The position numbers and the translations under genes are program-made. From an uncultured Bacilli bacterium (GTDB lineage Bacteria > Bacillota_I > Bacilli_A > RF39 > UBA660), in the NCBI GenBank assembly GCA_963931185.1, contig OZ006981.1, positions 79,311 to 143,310 of the forward strand: a stretch of DNA of 64,000 bases, given 5' to 3'. Below, piece after piece: positions 43,622 through 53,664 of this stretch. The notes beneath the pieces were generated by a model that was not told the origin of the DNA, ran no database searches, and saw only the letters and a list, made by a program, of their open reading frames with translations. How positions within the stretch are numbered: the first letter of the stretch is position 1; each line of letters starts with the position of its first letter.

Positions 43622-44488
43622 TTATTTTTTTATTTTTTTTTGATGACAATCACTACGAACAGTTGTACAATTACGTCCGTTTTCTTTACTCTCATATAAA
43701 GCTGAATCAGCTTGAAGTATTGCATCATCTAATAATAACTGACCATTATGGCTATGACAAACACCACAACTAATAGTTATTGATATGTCATAATATTCAT
43801 CTTTATTTTTTATAGAAAATCTTTTTTCTGCAATATTTTTTCGCATTCTATCTACAACATTAAAGATATCCTCTTCTTTTATATTTTTTAATAATATAAT
43901 AAATTCTTCGCCACCATATCTACCAATTATGTCTTTTTTTCTAGTTGCTTCTCCTGGTGTTTGTCTCATAGATTTTTTTAAGGTGTCAGCAACCATCCGC
44001 AAAGTCTTATCTCCTATAACATGTCCGTAACTATCATTAATTCTTTTAAAATAATCTAAATCTGCTATAACAATCGCATAAGGCTCATTATTTAAATTAG
44101 CATATTTTACATAATCGCCAATTTCTTTAAGAGTATGACTTCTAATCATTAAGCCAGTAGTACTATCTATTTTTAAATCTTCAATAGTTTTCTCCAAATC
44201 ATGAACTTTTTCCTTTAATGATATATAATCTAAAAAATCTCTTGTAACGTCAAAAACAATAGTATTAGATAAATCATCATCACTTTTCATTGTAATTCTA
44301 TAAAAATATCGTCCGGATTTTTCATCATAAATAATTGGCATTTGTAAAGCATCCTCATTTCTTAAAGATTCAGGGAGTCCACTAGAAACATATAACTCTT
44401 GCCCTAAACCATTTTTAGAAATAATGTATACCCCTCTTCTACCTAAATCTTTCAAAAGTTTATTGAAAAATGGAGTCACATTTTCCAT
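43622..44488 (-). CDS. GGDEF-domain diguanylate cyclase with N-terminal sensory region
   Basis: The GGEEF active site (RYGGEEFIILL) and I-site-like RINDSYGH are upstream of it. Confidence 0.85.
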   Translation of the reverse strand: MENVTPFFNKLLKDLGRRGVYIISKNGLGQELYVSSGLPESLRNEDALQMPIIYDEKSGRYFYRITMKSDDDLSNTIVFDVTRDFLDYISLKEKVHDLEKTIEDLKIDSTTGLMIRSHTLKEIGDYVKYANLNNEPYAIVIADLDYFKRINDSYGHVIGDKTLRMVADTLKKSMRQTPGEATRKKDIIGRYGGEEFIILLKNIKEEDIFNVVDRMRKNIAEKRFSIKNKDEYYDISITISCGVCHSHNGQLLLDDAILQADSALYESKENGRNCTTVRSDCHQKKIKK

Positions 44489-44868
44489 ATTTACCTCTCC
44501 TCGTATAATATATTTTGTAAGTTGTTTTTGACTTACAATTTAACATCTTTATAGTTAGTTTTTAACTAACAACTTTATTAATTGGTTGTGAAACTCTAGT
44601 GTTAAAATATTGTTGAAATATTTTTGACTGAGATCTATTCTAAACTCTCCTGTAACCCTTTATGGTGTTTACTCGTAAAGACTGTTTCTCTTCTTATTAG
44701 TCACATTTCTTCTAACTCAGATGCTGTTTCTATTTTCTTGTTAGTTCGCAGTATCCAAATCCCTAATAGAAAATATGTATTCTAATAACGAGGTTGTCGT
44801 AAGCTAGTAAGCTAGAGTTATCGTTGCCAATTATATTTCACAAAAATCTCTAAATATTTATTATAATG

Positions 44869-45756
44869 TTAGTTATCAATATTGATTATTTCGTATTCAG
44901 TATTTCCAAGACCTAATTTGAAAGCAGAATCAATAGTATGTATACCATGACGAGAATTCATTCTTTCAATTAATGCTTTTTTTCCAGGATCTTTAGAATT
45001 AATAACTGCATCATAGCAAGCTTTATCAATTGCAACGGGATCAAAAGAAGCAAAAATTCCAATATCGGCCATTTCAGGCTTATGTGGATTAGAATCACAA
45101 TCACAATCTATTGATAAATTATTAGCTACGTTAATATAGACAATATTTTCTTTTTTCTTGTAATCAATTACTGCTTTAGCAGCATCAGCCATAGATTCTA
45201 AGAAATAATCTTGTTCTGGCAAATTTGACCATATTTTTAAAGGGTCAGTTAGCTTGCCTGCCGAATGAATATAAGCTTTACCATGAGTTGAAGCAATTCC
45301 TATTGACATATTCTTTAACGCTCCACCAAATCCTCCCATAGCATGGCCTTTAAAATGTGACAAGCATAAAATTGAATCATAAAGATCTATATTTTTACCG
45401 ACAATATCCTTATCCAAGCGCAATCCGTTTATAACCGGTATTTCTATTTCCCCAAATTCATCCATAATATCACATGAAGCTATTTTCTTAAATCCATGTT
45501 CATCTATTGTTTTCCAGTGCTCTTTTGGATCTTGCCTTTTACCACCATAAGCAGTACAACATTCAATAATCGTTCCATTTAACTTATTTACTAACCCCGA
45601 TATCAAATTAGGATTTAAAAAATTATGCCCGCCAGGCTCTCCAGTAGAAATTTTAACAGCTACTTTCCCTTTTAATTCAGTACTTAATTTATCATAAATC
45701 TTAATTAAACTTTCACTACTTATTTCGCTTGTAAAATAAACTTTTGACTTTTCCAT
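44869..45756 (-). CDS. DUF362-domain protein
   Basis: SHFKGHAMGGFGGALKNMSIGIAS is a core DUF362 motif. Confidence 0.6.
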   Translation of the reverse strand: MEKSKVYFTSEISSESLIKIYDKLSTELKGKVAVKISTGEPGGHNFLNPNLISGLVNKLNGTIIECCTAYGGKRQDPKEHWKTIDEHGFKKIASCDIMDEFGEIEIPVINGLRLDKDIVGKNIDLYDSILCLSHFKGHAMGGFGGALKNMSIGIASTHGKAYIHSAGKLTDPLKIWSNLPEQDYFLESMADAAKAVIDYKKKENIVYINVANNLSIDCDCDSNPHKPEMADIGIFASFDPVAIDKACYDAVINSKDPGKKALIERMNSRHGIHTIDSAFKLGLGNTEYEIINIDN

Positions 45757-45878
45757 ATTTTCACCAATCCTTTATAACATAAATCTATCATAATTAAATA
45801 ATATTGTAAATATTGCTTAAAAATTAATTTTTCAATTTGTAAATGAATAAATATAAAATTTTAGATAACATTAATAAT

Positions 45879-46661
45879 ATGAAGAAAATATTATTTACAG
45901 GTGCAAGAAGTGGAATAGCCAAAAATGTTATTGACAAATTAATTAAATTAAATAAATATTACATATATATTACAGTTCACACAGAAAAAGAAGAAACTTG
46001 TATTAAAAACATTTATAATAACACTAAAAATATTACATGTTTTAAATTAGATATCACAAAAAAAGAAGATAGAAACAAAGTCATTAATTTAAACATTGAT
46101 ATTTTAGTTTGTAACGCCGCAATTGGTATAAGTGGATCATTAATAGAAATACCAATTTATAAAGTTAAAGAAAATTTTAATGTAAATGTATTTTCGAATT
46201 TAGAATTAATACAATTAACCTTAAAAAATATGTTAAAAAATCAAAATGGAAAAATAATCATAATATCATCATTAGCAGGTATAATTCCTATTGAATTTTT
46301 AGGAAGTTATTGTGCAACAAAAGCAAGTATTATTATGTTAGCAAAAGTTTTACAAAAAGAATTAAAAATAGTAAATCCAAATATAAAAATAAAAATAATT
46401 GAACCTGGAATTTATAAAACAGGATTCAATGAAATAATGATAGATAACAAAAATATTGATAATTCTAAATATTTTAAAAGCAAAAAGAATGATATAGAAA
46501 TAAAAGATTATATTATGTTTGATTTTTTAGCACATAAAAAACTAAATAGTATCTCTAAACAAATTATAAAAGCAATACAAGAAGATAATAATAAACTTAT
46601 TTACAAAGCTCCATTTTTTCAAAGTATTTTTTCAAAAATATATCAAATATTTAAAAGCTGA
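45879..46661 (+). CDS. SDR-family short-chain dehydrogenase/reductase
   Basis: TGARSGIAKNV (TGxxxGxG), NAAIG and catalytic S...YCATK (YxxxK). Confidence 0.75.
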   Translation: MKKILFTGARSGIAKNVIDKLIKLNKYYIYITVHTEKEETCIKNIYNNTKNITCFKLDITKKEDRNKVINLNIDILVCNAAIGISGSLIEIPIYKVKENFNVNVFSNLELIQLTLKNMLKNQNGKIIIISSLAGIIPIEFLGSYCATKASIIMLAKVLQKELKIVNPNIKIKIIEPGIYKTGFNEIMIDNKNIDNSKYFKSKKNDIEIKDYIMFDFLAHKKLNSISKQIIKAIQEDNNKLIYKAPFFQSIFSKIYQIFKS

Positions 46662-47015
46662 TAAAATTAAAACATTAAAAATTATAACATATAATATTAT
46701 ATGAAAAATATATATTTTAATTATGAGCCCTATAGTTTTACAACTTCAGCATTTTTTATTGGAATATTATTAACTAAAACTCTAACTATTGATGAACAAG
46801 ATAGTATTGGGAATTGGCTTCAATTAATAGGATTAACAATGCAAACATACTCTTCTCAAAAAACTACTTTAGATAATAATACAAACGAAAATAAAACTAA
46901 TAACGATTCTAATATTGAATCGTTAAAAAAACAATAAAAATTATTGAAGAGAAACTAGAAGAATTATCAAGTAATAAAGTTTAGTGAAAAATTTAAAAAA
47001 GTTAAATACTAAGTC

Positions 47016-47044
47016 TTGTCAAAGATAAATAAGTATGATATTAT
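47016..47044 (+). promoter_or_regulatory. tRNA promoter (TTGTCA-17-TATTAT)
   Basis: Consensus-like hexamers about 20 nt upstream of the tRNA 5' end. Confidence 0.4.
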
Positions 47045-47064
47045 TTATTTACTTGATATTTTAT

Positions 47065-47141
47065 GGCGAGATAGCTCAGCTGGCTAGAGCGTCCGGTTCA
47101 TACCCGGAAGGTCGAGGGTTCGATCCCCCCTCTCGCTACCA
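47065..47141 (+). tRNA. tRNA-Met(CAU) family (three G-C pairs in anticodon stem and weak G1-U72 pair suggest initiator-type)
   Basis: Hand fold gives acceptor GGCGAGA/TCTCGCT, D-arm GCTC-AGCTGGCTA-GAGC, anticodon stem TCCGG/CCGGA, loop TTCATAC, T-loop TTCGATC and 3' ACCA. Confidence 0.85.
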
Positions 47142-47153
47142 ATTTAGAAAAAT

Positions 47154-47180
47154 TCCTAGGTAGAAATACCTAGTTTTTTA
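47154..47180 (+). terminator. rho-independent terminator after tRNA
   Basis: cctaggta-gaaa-tacctag stem followed by TTTTTT. Confidence 0.55.
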
Positions 47181-47215
47181 TTTATAAATATTCATAAAAA
47201 TTAAAAAGGAGAAAA

Positions 47216-47431
47216 ATGAAAAAAGAAAAAATTTACAAATTATTTTATATTATATCCATTCTACTTTCTATTACATTTATAATTTTTTTGACTATAGATT
47301 ATCTAAAATATAATCCTATAACTTACTCTACACCTTTTTATACTTTTATAATTATTAGAATTATAGAATTATTAATACCTAGTATTATACTATTCCTTAT
47401 AGGTAAAATTATTAAAAATAAAATAAAATAA
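47216..47431 (+). CDS. small membrane protein (71 aa, two TM helices)
   Basis: AAGGAG RBS 7 nt upstream. Its stop overlaps the start of the left 56-bp direct repeat. Confidence 0.5.
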   Translation: MKKEKIYKLFYIISILLSITFIIFLTIDYLKYNPITYSTPFYTFIIIRIIELLIPSIILFLIGKIIKNKIK

Positions 47432-47480
47432 AACAATATACTATTAAGTTTTATTCCAAACATTAAACGATGTTTTATTT
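47425..47480. repeat. 56-bp direct repeat, left copy (aaaataaaacaatatactattaagttttattccaaacattaaacgatgttttattt)
   Basis: Identical to 48668..48723; immediately flanks the IS30-family element. Confidence 0.75.
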
Positions 47481-47566
47481 CCTAAATTGAAATTTGAACC
47501 GCACCACAAAGGTGCGGCTTTTTTGATATAATAAAAGAGCCCAACCCGGCAAGGAGGAGCTCTTAT

Positions 47567-48478
47567 ATGCATTATAAACAATTAACAGAAAAAAATAAAG
47601 TAGAAATAGATATTTTATTAAAGCAAAATTTATCAATGAGAGAAGTAGGAAGAAGATTAGGAATAAGTCATTCAACAATATCAAGGTACAAATCTGGAAT
47701 ATATAAGAAAAGAAAAATAGATATAAATAAAAAGTATGAAATATTTATAAAATATTTATTTGACCATTATGATAAAAGAGATCACTCAATAGAAGTATGT
47801 GTACATCGTTTTAAGAAGATGTATTTAGGAGAAAAATGTGTAAGCGTAAAACAAGTATATAATTGGATAGAGCAAGGAAAAATATATTTAAAAAGAAAAG
47901 ATTTATGTTATAAAAAACATAAGAATAAAAAAAGAAGTGGAATGATGGAACATTTTATATGGAACCTAGAAAATAAGACAATATTACCAATAAGTTTAAG
48001 ACCAAAATATATAGAAGAAAGAAAAGAACCAGGACATTTAGAAATAGATTCAATTTTAGGTAAAAAAGATGAACAACAAGCAATAATATCAATCGTAGAT
48101 AGATGTACTAGAAAAGTTTGGTTAATTAAAGCAGAATATAGATATGATTATTACACAGCGAATTTAATATACAAATATATAATTAAAAATGATATAAAAG
48201 TAAAGTCAATAACAGTGGATAATGGACTAGAATTTAGAGCTTTAGGAATAGCAGCAAAAAGATTGGGAGTAAAACTATATAAATGTGATCCATATTGTTC
48301 ATTTCAAAGAGGAACAAATGAAAGAACAAATGCGATGGTAAGAAGATATTTACCAAAAGGAATGTCATTTAAAATAACCCCACAAATATATTTAGATGAT
48401 ATAGCTTTTAATATAAATTCAATGCCAAGAAAAATGTTTGGCTTTAAAAGTTCATACGAAATAGAAATGGAATATTAG
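47567..48478 (+). CDS. IS30-family DDE transposase
   Basis: N-terminal HTH (LSMREVGRRLGISHSTISRY), the catalytic core IDSILGKKDEQQ...TVDNGLEF and the IS30 signature CDPYCSFQRGTNERTNAMVRRYLPKG. Confidence 0.85.
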   Translation: MHYKQLTEKNKVEIDILLKQNLSMREVGRRLGISHSTISRYKSGIYKKRKIDINKKYEIFIKYLFDHYDKRDHSIEVCVHRFKKMYLGEKCVSVKQVYNWIEQGKIYLKRKDLCYKKHKNKKRSGMMEHFIWNLENKTILPISLRPKYIEERKEPGHLEIDSILGKKDEQQAIISIVDRCTRKVWLIKAEYRYDYYTANLIYKYIIKNDIKVKSITVDNGLEFRALGIAAKRLGVKLYKCDPYCSFQRGTNERTNAMVRRYLPKGMSFKITPQIYLDDIAFNINSMPRKMFGFKSSYEIEMEY

Positions 48479-48606
48479 TTATTTTGTTTGTTTAAAATTG
48501 TAATAATATTATGATTTTTTTGTCAATGATAAAATAAACACTACGTGTCATTGACAAAAAAACATAATATATATTTATAAAATAATTACCAAACAAAAGA
48601 AAAAAT

Positions 48607-48640
48607 TGACAAATATTTAATGTTTGTTAAAATTATATTA
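48607..48640 (+). promoter_or_regulatory. outward-facing promoter inside the IS30 right end (TTGACA-16-TGtTAAAAT)
   Basis: Consensus -35 and extended -10 just inside IRR, reading out of the element. Near-identical to the promoter at 49128. Confidence 0.35.
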
Positions 48641-48667
48641 AATGGTGCGGTTGAAATTACAATTAAA

Positions 48668-48723
48668 AAAATAAAACAATATACTATTAAGTTTTATTCC
48701 AAACATTAAACGATGTTTTATTT
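48668..48723. repeat. 56-bp direct repeat, right copy
   Basis: Perfect copy of 47425..47480. Confidence 0.75.
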
Positions 48724-49127
48724 TTTACATTTACATATGAAGAAGTCATTTATATAAAATATCTACCTTCTTTAGAAATATATTTTGTTATATCATCAAT
48801 AAGAGATCCATCATACATAACAACTTCAGGATTTCCCTTTTTTCTTATATATAGGGTTTCATAATTAGTATCTAAATTTTCTTTTTTTATTTAAGTTAGT
48901 AATATAAGTTATCAACACACATTTGTCTTTAATATTATTATCATTAGATTTTAAACTCATATTTCTCTCCTATTTTCACTATTACTTTAATTAACTTTTT
49001 ATCATTTTCGCAATTATACCGTTATATACCTTAGATAATATAACTATTATTAAAATTAGCATTATTTTGACATTTTTATACAGAAAAACTTTAATAATAG
49101 ATATTTTACATTTCTTTACAAAAATTT

Positions 49128-49160
49128 GACAAATACTTCTTTTTTTGTTAAAATACAAGC
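49128..49160 (+). promoter_or_regulatory. promoter of adenylate-forming enzyme gene (TTGACA-17-TGtTAAAAT)
   Basis: Consensus -35 and extended -10, followed by RBS AGGGGG and ATG at 49189. Confidence 0.5.
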
Positions 49161-49188
49161 GAAATTTAAATTAATTAGGGGGAAATTT

Positions 49189-51129
49189 ATGGAAAAAAGT
49201 TTAATCCATTTAATTGAAGAAATTAACTCATTAAACACTGAAGAAAGTAATAAAAAATACAATACCAAAGGCCTATCACCAAAAGTGAGAAAAGCTATAG
49301 AAGATATAGAAAAAAATAGAAATCATTCATGGTTTATTGAAATGTTTAATAGAAACAAAAATAATTTAGATAAACCAGCTATAAAATATCGTGGAAATAA
49401 AATTACGTATGCCGAAATGTTCACTAAAGCATACGAATATGCAAAAAGTTTAAAGCAAATGGGATATGGTAAAAATAGTGAAATTCCAATATGCATAACT
49501 AATATTCCTGAATTTATATATATGTTTCTTGCTACAAGCCTTATTGGAGCAAAAGTTAATATTGTTGCCGATTGGTTTGCTGAAGAATATTTAATTGATA
49601 TATTTAATAAAACGAAAAGTAAAACAATTTTCATTGATGATTTATCATATTCAACTATCAAAGGTGCTATTAAAAAAAGTAATATAAAAAATATTGTATG
49701 TTTTTCACTAACAGACTCATTAAAAGATGGAATAAATCCATATCAAAGCATAGATAATTTATTTCATAAATTTGAAAATAATATTAATAATATAAAAACT
49801 GATTTCACAGGAACATTACTAGGTGTTAATGAATTTTTAAATTTAGGTAAAAATTTTAATGGAAAAGTTGCAGAAAAGGTTGATTTAGATGATGTATGCT
49901 CTATAACTTATACAAGTGGAACAACAAAACCTGGATATCCAAAAGGCGTAATTCATTCAAACCGAAGTTACATAACATTATCTAGATTTAAAGAAGCCGA
50001 TGTATCTGGGATGCCTACAATGAAAAATTTAACAGTTCTAGCCCATATTCCTACCGATACACATATGGAATTATCATGTGCTATTTCTGATACATTTTAT
50101 TGTAAATGTGAATTAGCATTAGAACCATTTTACTCTAATGAATGGTTTCCGTATTCATTGGTTATTAATAAGCCTAATTTTGTACCAGCAAGTGCTGGAT
50201 TTTGGGGTACACTATGTAAAAAGCTTACTTTCGATCCTGTTTTTGAAAATGTAAATATGCCTTATTTAATGATTCCAACTGTTACTGGTGAAGGTTTATC
50301 TGAAGGAGAAGAAAAATTTTTCAATCAAACCTCAAGAAAACATAAATTTGGTACTGAAAAGTTACCATTTCCATTAGCTCCAGTAACTTTCTCAATAGGT
50401 GGAGGTACTACAGAAAGTAGTGGAATATTTGTTACGTTATATAAATCATTACAAGAAAAAAAATTAAATCATTTAATAAAAAATCAAAAATTAGGCTTAA
50501 CACCACACAAATTTGTCGACGTTGCAGTATTAGATGAAAATGGGAATTCTTGCAAAAATAATGAGCCTGGACTCTTAGTTGCAAATAGTCCATGTGAAAT
50601 GATTGGTTATACAGATGAAGAATTAAACAAGAATACACATGTCGTTGACAATAATGGAAAAAAATGGTTAAGTTTAGGAACTTATTCTTATATAGATGAT
50701 ACCGGAAGGGTAAAAATGAAAGGAAGAATGGGAAGTTATATAACACTATCAGATGGACAAAAACTACCATACTATCTTATTGAAGATATAATATTGTTAG
50801 ATACTAAAAATGTAATGTCTTGCTCAGTTGTTAAAGAAAAAGATGGTAATATAGTTTGTCATATAGAATTGCAACCATTTAAAAAGAAAAAAGAAGAAGA
50901 ATGCTGTAAAGGAATTATTGGAAGAATAGAAAAGACTCTTCCAGAAGAAATAAAAAATAATTTATTTATTAGAATGAGAGATAACATCGAATCATTTCCA
51001 TTAGATCCAAGTGGTAAAAGAAGTTTAAGCACTTTATCTAAAACAGGAATTGATGACAAAACAATACAGTATGATGAATTCAAAAACAAGCTAAATCCAC
51101 AACAAGGAAAAAAATTAGTATTAAAATAA
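49189..51129 (+). CDS. adenylate-forming (ANL superfamily) enzyme, acyl/aryl-AMP ligase-like
   Basis: AMP-binding motif ITYTSGTTKPGYPKGV, a Gly-rich SIGGGTTESSG motif, a GYTDEE region and the C-terminal subdomain DDTGRVKMKGRMGSYITLSDGQKLPYYLIEDI. Confidence 0.75.
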   Translation: MEKSLIHLIEEINSLNTEESNKKYNTKGLSPKVRKAIEDIEKNRNHSWFIEMFNRNKNNLDKPAIKYRGNKITYAEMFTKAYEYAKSLKQMGYGKNSEIPICITNIPEFIYMFLATSLIGAKVNIVADWFAEEYLIDIFNKTKSKTIFIDDLSYSTIKGAIKKSNIKNIVCFSLTDSLKDGINPYQSIDNLFHKFENNINNIKTDFTGTLLGVNEFLNLGKNFNGKVAEKVDLDDVCSITYTSGTTKPGYPKGVIHSNRSYITLSRFKEADVSGMPTMKNLTVLAHIPTDTHMELSCAISDTFYCKCELALEPFYSNEWFPYSLVINKPNFVPASAGFWGTLCKKLTFDPVFENVNMPYLMIPTVTGEGLSEGEEKFFNQTSRKHKFGTEKLPFPLAPVTFSIGGGTTESSGIFVTLYKSLQEKKLNHLIKNQKLGLTPHKFVDVAVLDENGNSCKNNEPGLLVANSPCEMIGYTDEELNKNTHVVDNNGKKWLSLGTYSYIDDTGRVKMKGRMGSYITLSDGQKLPYYLIEDIILLDTKNVMSCSVVKEKDGNIVCHIELQPFKKKKEEECCKGIIGRIEKTLPEEIKNNLFIRMRDNIESFPLDPSGKRSLSTLSKTGIDDKTIQYDEFKNKLNPQQGKKLVLK

Positions 51130-51230
51130 GTCAAATTTAAAAGAAGATATTTTATTCTTCTTTCTTTTTTTATAAAAATTATATATAATTTAAGGTATAA
51201 AATATACTCATTAAATTAGAAGGTGATTAT

Positions 51231-53075
51231 ATGGGACAATGGTTTTACTTTATTCTTTGTGGATTATTGTTTTCTATAGTACTAAATATTATTTATTTTA
51301 CAAAAAAACATATAAAAACAGGTGAAACAAAAATATTTTCAATTTTACTTGTTATTAATTTAATTAGTTTAATAAGTGAATTAGCTTGTACTTATATAGG
51401 ATTTACATTTCCTGAAAATTCATTAATATCACATATTGCAACAAAAATGTTTTTATTATTTTTAATGACTTTTTTATTATATATGACATTATATATATAT
51501 GTAATTTGTTATGTAACAAGTAAAAAACAAAATATAAAATACTATAAATTATTGGAAATATTATCGTATATTTTATGGTTTATTTGTTGTGTTGGATGTG
51601 TAATCTTGCCAATAGTAACTGGTAAAGGATATGCAACAGGACCAGCTGTTAATTGGGTCTATGCCTGTTCTACTCTTACTTTAATAGAATGGTTTATCCC
51701 TTTTATTAAAAATTTTAAAGACATAAATAGAAAAAAGGTTATTCCTCTTATCTTGTTTTTACTATTTATGTCGCTAATTTCAATCATACAAAAATACAAT
51801 CCACAAATTACTTTAACAACTGTCATGGAATTCATGATAATATTCATAATGTATCATACAATTGAAAATCCCGATGTACAAATGATTTCACAATTAGAAC
51901 TAGCTAAAGAACAAGCCGAAAGAGCAAACAGAGCAAAATCAGATTTTTTAAGCAGCATGTCACACGAAATAAGAACGCCACTAAATGCAATTGTTGGTTT
52001 ATCAGAAGATATTGCTTCATATAAAAATCAAATTCCAAAAGAAGTTATCGAAGATACTGAAGATATCAGAAATGCCTCACAAACATTACTTGAAATAGTT
52101 GGTAATATTTTGGACATAAACAAAATAGAAGCAGATAAAATGGATATTAATGAAGACGTCTATAATTTTAAAAACGAAATTACTAATATGTGCAAAATTA
52201 CTCAAACACGAATTGGAGAAAAAAATATCATATTTACTTTAAATATTTCTGATGATATTCCCTATGAACTAATTGGTGATAAAGGAAAAATAAAAGAAAT
52301 TATTAATAATTTATTAACTAATGCTATAAAATATACCGAACAAGGAAAAATAAATTTAACTATTAAATGCATTAATAATTTGAATAACAATATTACAAAT
52401 CTAATTATTATTTGCCAAGATACAGGTAAAGGTATTAAGAAAGAATTAATTAATAGATTATTTACTAAATTTGATCGATTAGATGTAGAAAGAAATACTA
52501 CAGCCGAAGGAACTGGATTAGGTTTAGCTATCACTAAAGCATTGGTTGATATGATGTCAGGGAAAATAAATGTTCAGTCCCAGTTCGGTAAAGGATCAAT
52601 ATTTATGGTTCAAATACCTCAAAAAATTAATACTCTTAATAAACCTCTTAATACAAAAGAAAACATAGAAAATAAAAATATTATATTAAATAATATTACA
52701 TATGAAGGGAAAAAAATATTAATAGTTGATGACAATAAACTTAATATAAAAGTTGCGCGCAAAGCATTAAAAGATTTCAATTTTATATTAGATGAATGTT
52801 ATGATGGAAGAGAATGTTTAGAAAAAATAAACAATGGAAATACATATGATTTAATATTAATGGATATAATGATGCCAAATATGAATGGTGAATGTTGCAT
52901 AAAAGAACTAAAAAAAGATATAAATTTTAAAATACCAGTTATCGCTCTAACGGCAGATGCTATAGCAGGATCTAAAGAAAAATACATAAGTGAAGGATTT
53001 TTTGATTATATTGCTAAGCCATTTAACAAAGATCAAATAAAAGAAAAACTAGATAAAGTATTTGTTAATAAGTAA
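51231..53075 (+). CDS. hybrid sensor histidine kinase/response regulator (paralogue of 9379..11235)
   Basis: Same architecture and long identical stretches (MYHTIENPD...[20 protein letters not shown]...GTGLGLAI), plus a C-terminal receiver [10 protein letters not shown]...ILMDIMMP. Confidence 0.85.
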   Translation: MGQWFYFILCGLLFSIVLNIIYFTKKHIKTGETKIFSILLVINLISLISELACTYIGFTFPENSLISHIATKMFLLFLMTFLLYMTLYIYVICYVTSKKQNIKYYKLLEILSYILWFICCVGCVILPIVTGKGYATGPAVNWVYACSTLTLIEWFIPFIKNFKDINRKKVIPLILFLLFMSLISIIQKYNPQITLTTVMEFMIIFIMYHTIENPDVQMISQLELAKEQAERANRAKSDFLSSMSHEIRTPLNAIVGLSEDIASYKNQIPKEVIEDTEDIRNASQTLLEIVGNILDINKIEADKMDINEDVYNFKNEITNMCKITQTRIGEKNIIFTLNISDDIPYELIGDKGKIKEIINNLLTNAIKYTEQGKINLTIKCINNLNNNITNLIIICQDTGKGIKKELINRLFTKFDRLDVERNTTAEGTGLGLAITKALVDMMSGKINVQSQFGKGSIFMVQIPQKINTLNKPLNTKENIENKNIILNNITYEGKKILIVDDNKLNIKVARKALKDFNFILDECYDGRECLEKINNGNTYDLILMDIMMPNMNGECCIKELKKDINFKIPVIALTADAIAGSKEKYISEGFFDYIAKPFNKDQIKEKLDKVFVNK

Positions 53076-53129
53076 AAATAAAAAATTTCAAAGTATAAAA
53101 GTAATTTTGAAGTTTTTTATTGCCAATTT

Positions 53130-53612
53130 TTACATACATATCTTATCTAACATATTTCTAATAATTTTTTCTTCACCACTACCATTTGTTTTTAGTCTTA
53201 ATATAGGTATTCCGTATTTTTCTAATATTTGATTTTTTAATAAATCTCTATCATACTGTCTAGTACCCTTTTTATGATATTTATAACCATCAACTTCAAT
53301 AGCTAGTATTGGTTTTTTACCAAATTTATTATATATCAAAAAATCAACATGTGTAGAATGATGGTTTACATATCTTTTTTCTTCCAATGTTAATAAGTTC
53401 TTATCTTGAATTAAAGAAGATAGTCTTTGCAAAAATACAAAAGACAAATTATCATAACTTTTAATAATATCATTAATTAAATAATAAACAAGATTTTCAG
53501 TATCAAACTTCGATACTTTATTATGCTTTTTATAAAAATCAATTCTTTCTAGTTCATACTGTTTATAAATAAAATCAAAAACTGAATATATTTTACTTGT
53601 AGAAACTTCCAT
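53130..53612 (-). CDS. DUF559 (Vsr-like PD-(D/E)xK endonuclease) domain protein
   Basis: THVDFLIYNKFGKKPILAIEVDGYKYHKK...DRDLLKNQILEKYGIPILRL matches the DUF559/Vsr-like nuclease core. 52 nt downstream of the helicase gene on the same strand. Confidence 0.7.
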   Translation of the reverse strand: MEVSTSKIYSVFDFIYKQYELERIDFYKKHNKVSKFDTENLVYYLINDIIKSYDNLSFVFLQRLSSLIQDKNLLTLEEKRYVNHHSTHVDFLIYNKFGKKPILAIEVDGYKYHKKGTRQYDRDLLKNQILEKYGIPILRLKTNGSGEEKIIRNMLDKICM

Positions 53613-53664
53613 GTTATTGTACTCTACATAATTAATAAAGTCATTTATATTTCTATTTTTTATT

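Larger units (their letters stand above)
47481..48667 (+). mobile_element. IS30-family insertion sequence (about 1.19 kb)
   Basis: Terminal imperfect inverted repeats aattgAaatttGaaccgcacca (left) and tggtgcggttGaaattAcaatt (right), about 20/22 matching. A single DDE transposase ORF and an internal hairpin lie downstream of tnp. Confidence 0.75.

Noticed and set aside
44489-44868. c-di-GMP-I (GEMM) riboswitch upstream of the GGDEF gene
   Set aside because: I searched the leader for the conserved GGCAAACC / ACGCAAAGC / GNRA-receptor cores on the coding strand and found none. It is kept only as an unclassified structured leader.
46701-46937. 78-aa ORF upstream of the tRNA(CAU)
   Set aside because: It has no recognisable RBS and a low-complexity Asn/Thr-rich tail, and it overlaps the tRNA promoter region. 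It is probably non-coding.
47425-48723. 56-bp direct repeats as a normal target-site duplication of the IS
   Set aside because: IS30-family transposases generate 2-3-bp duplications. 56 bp is far outside that range, so it is reported as an anomaly rather than a TSD.
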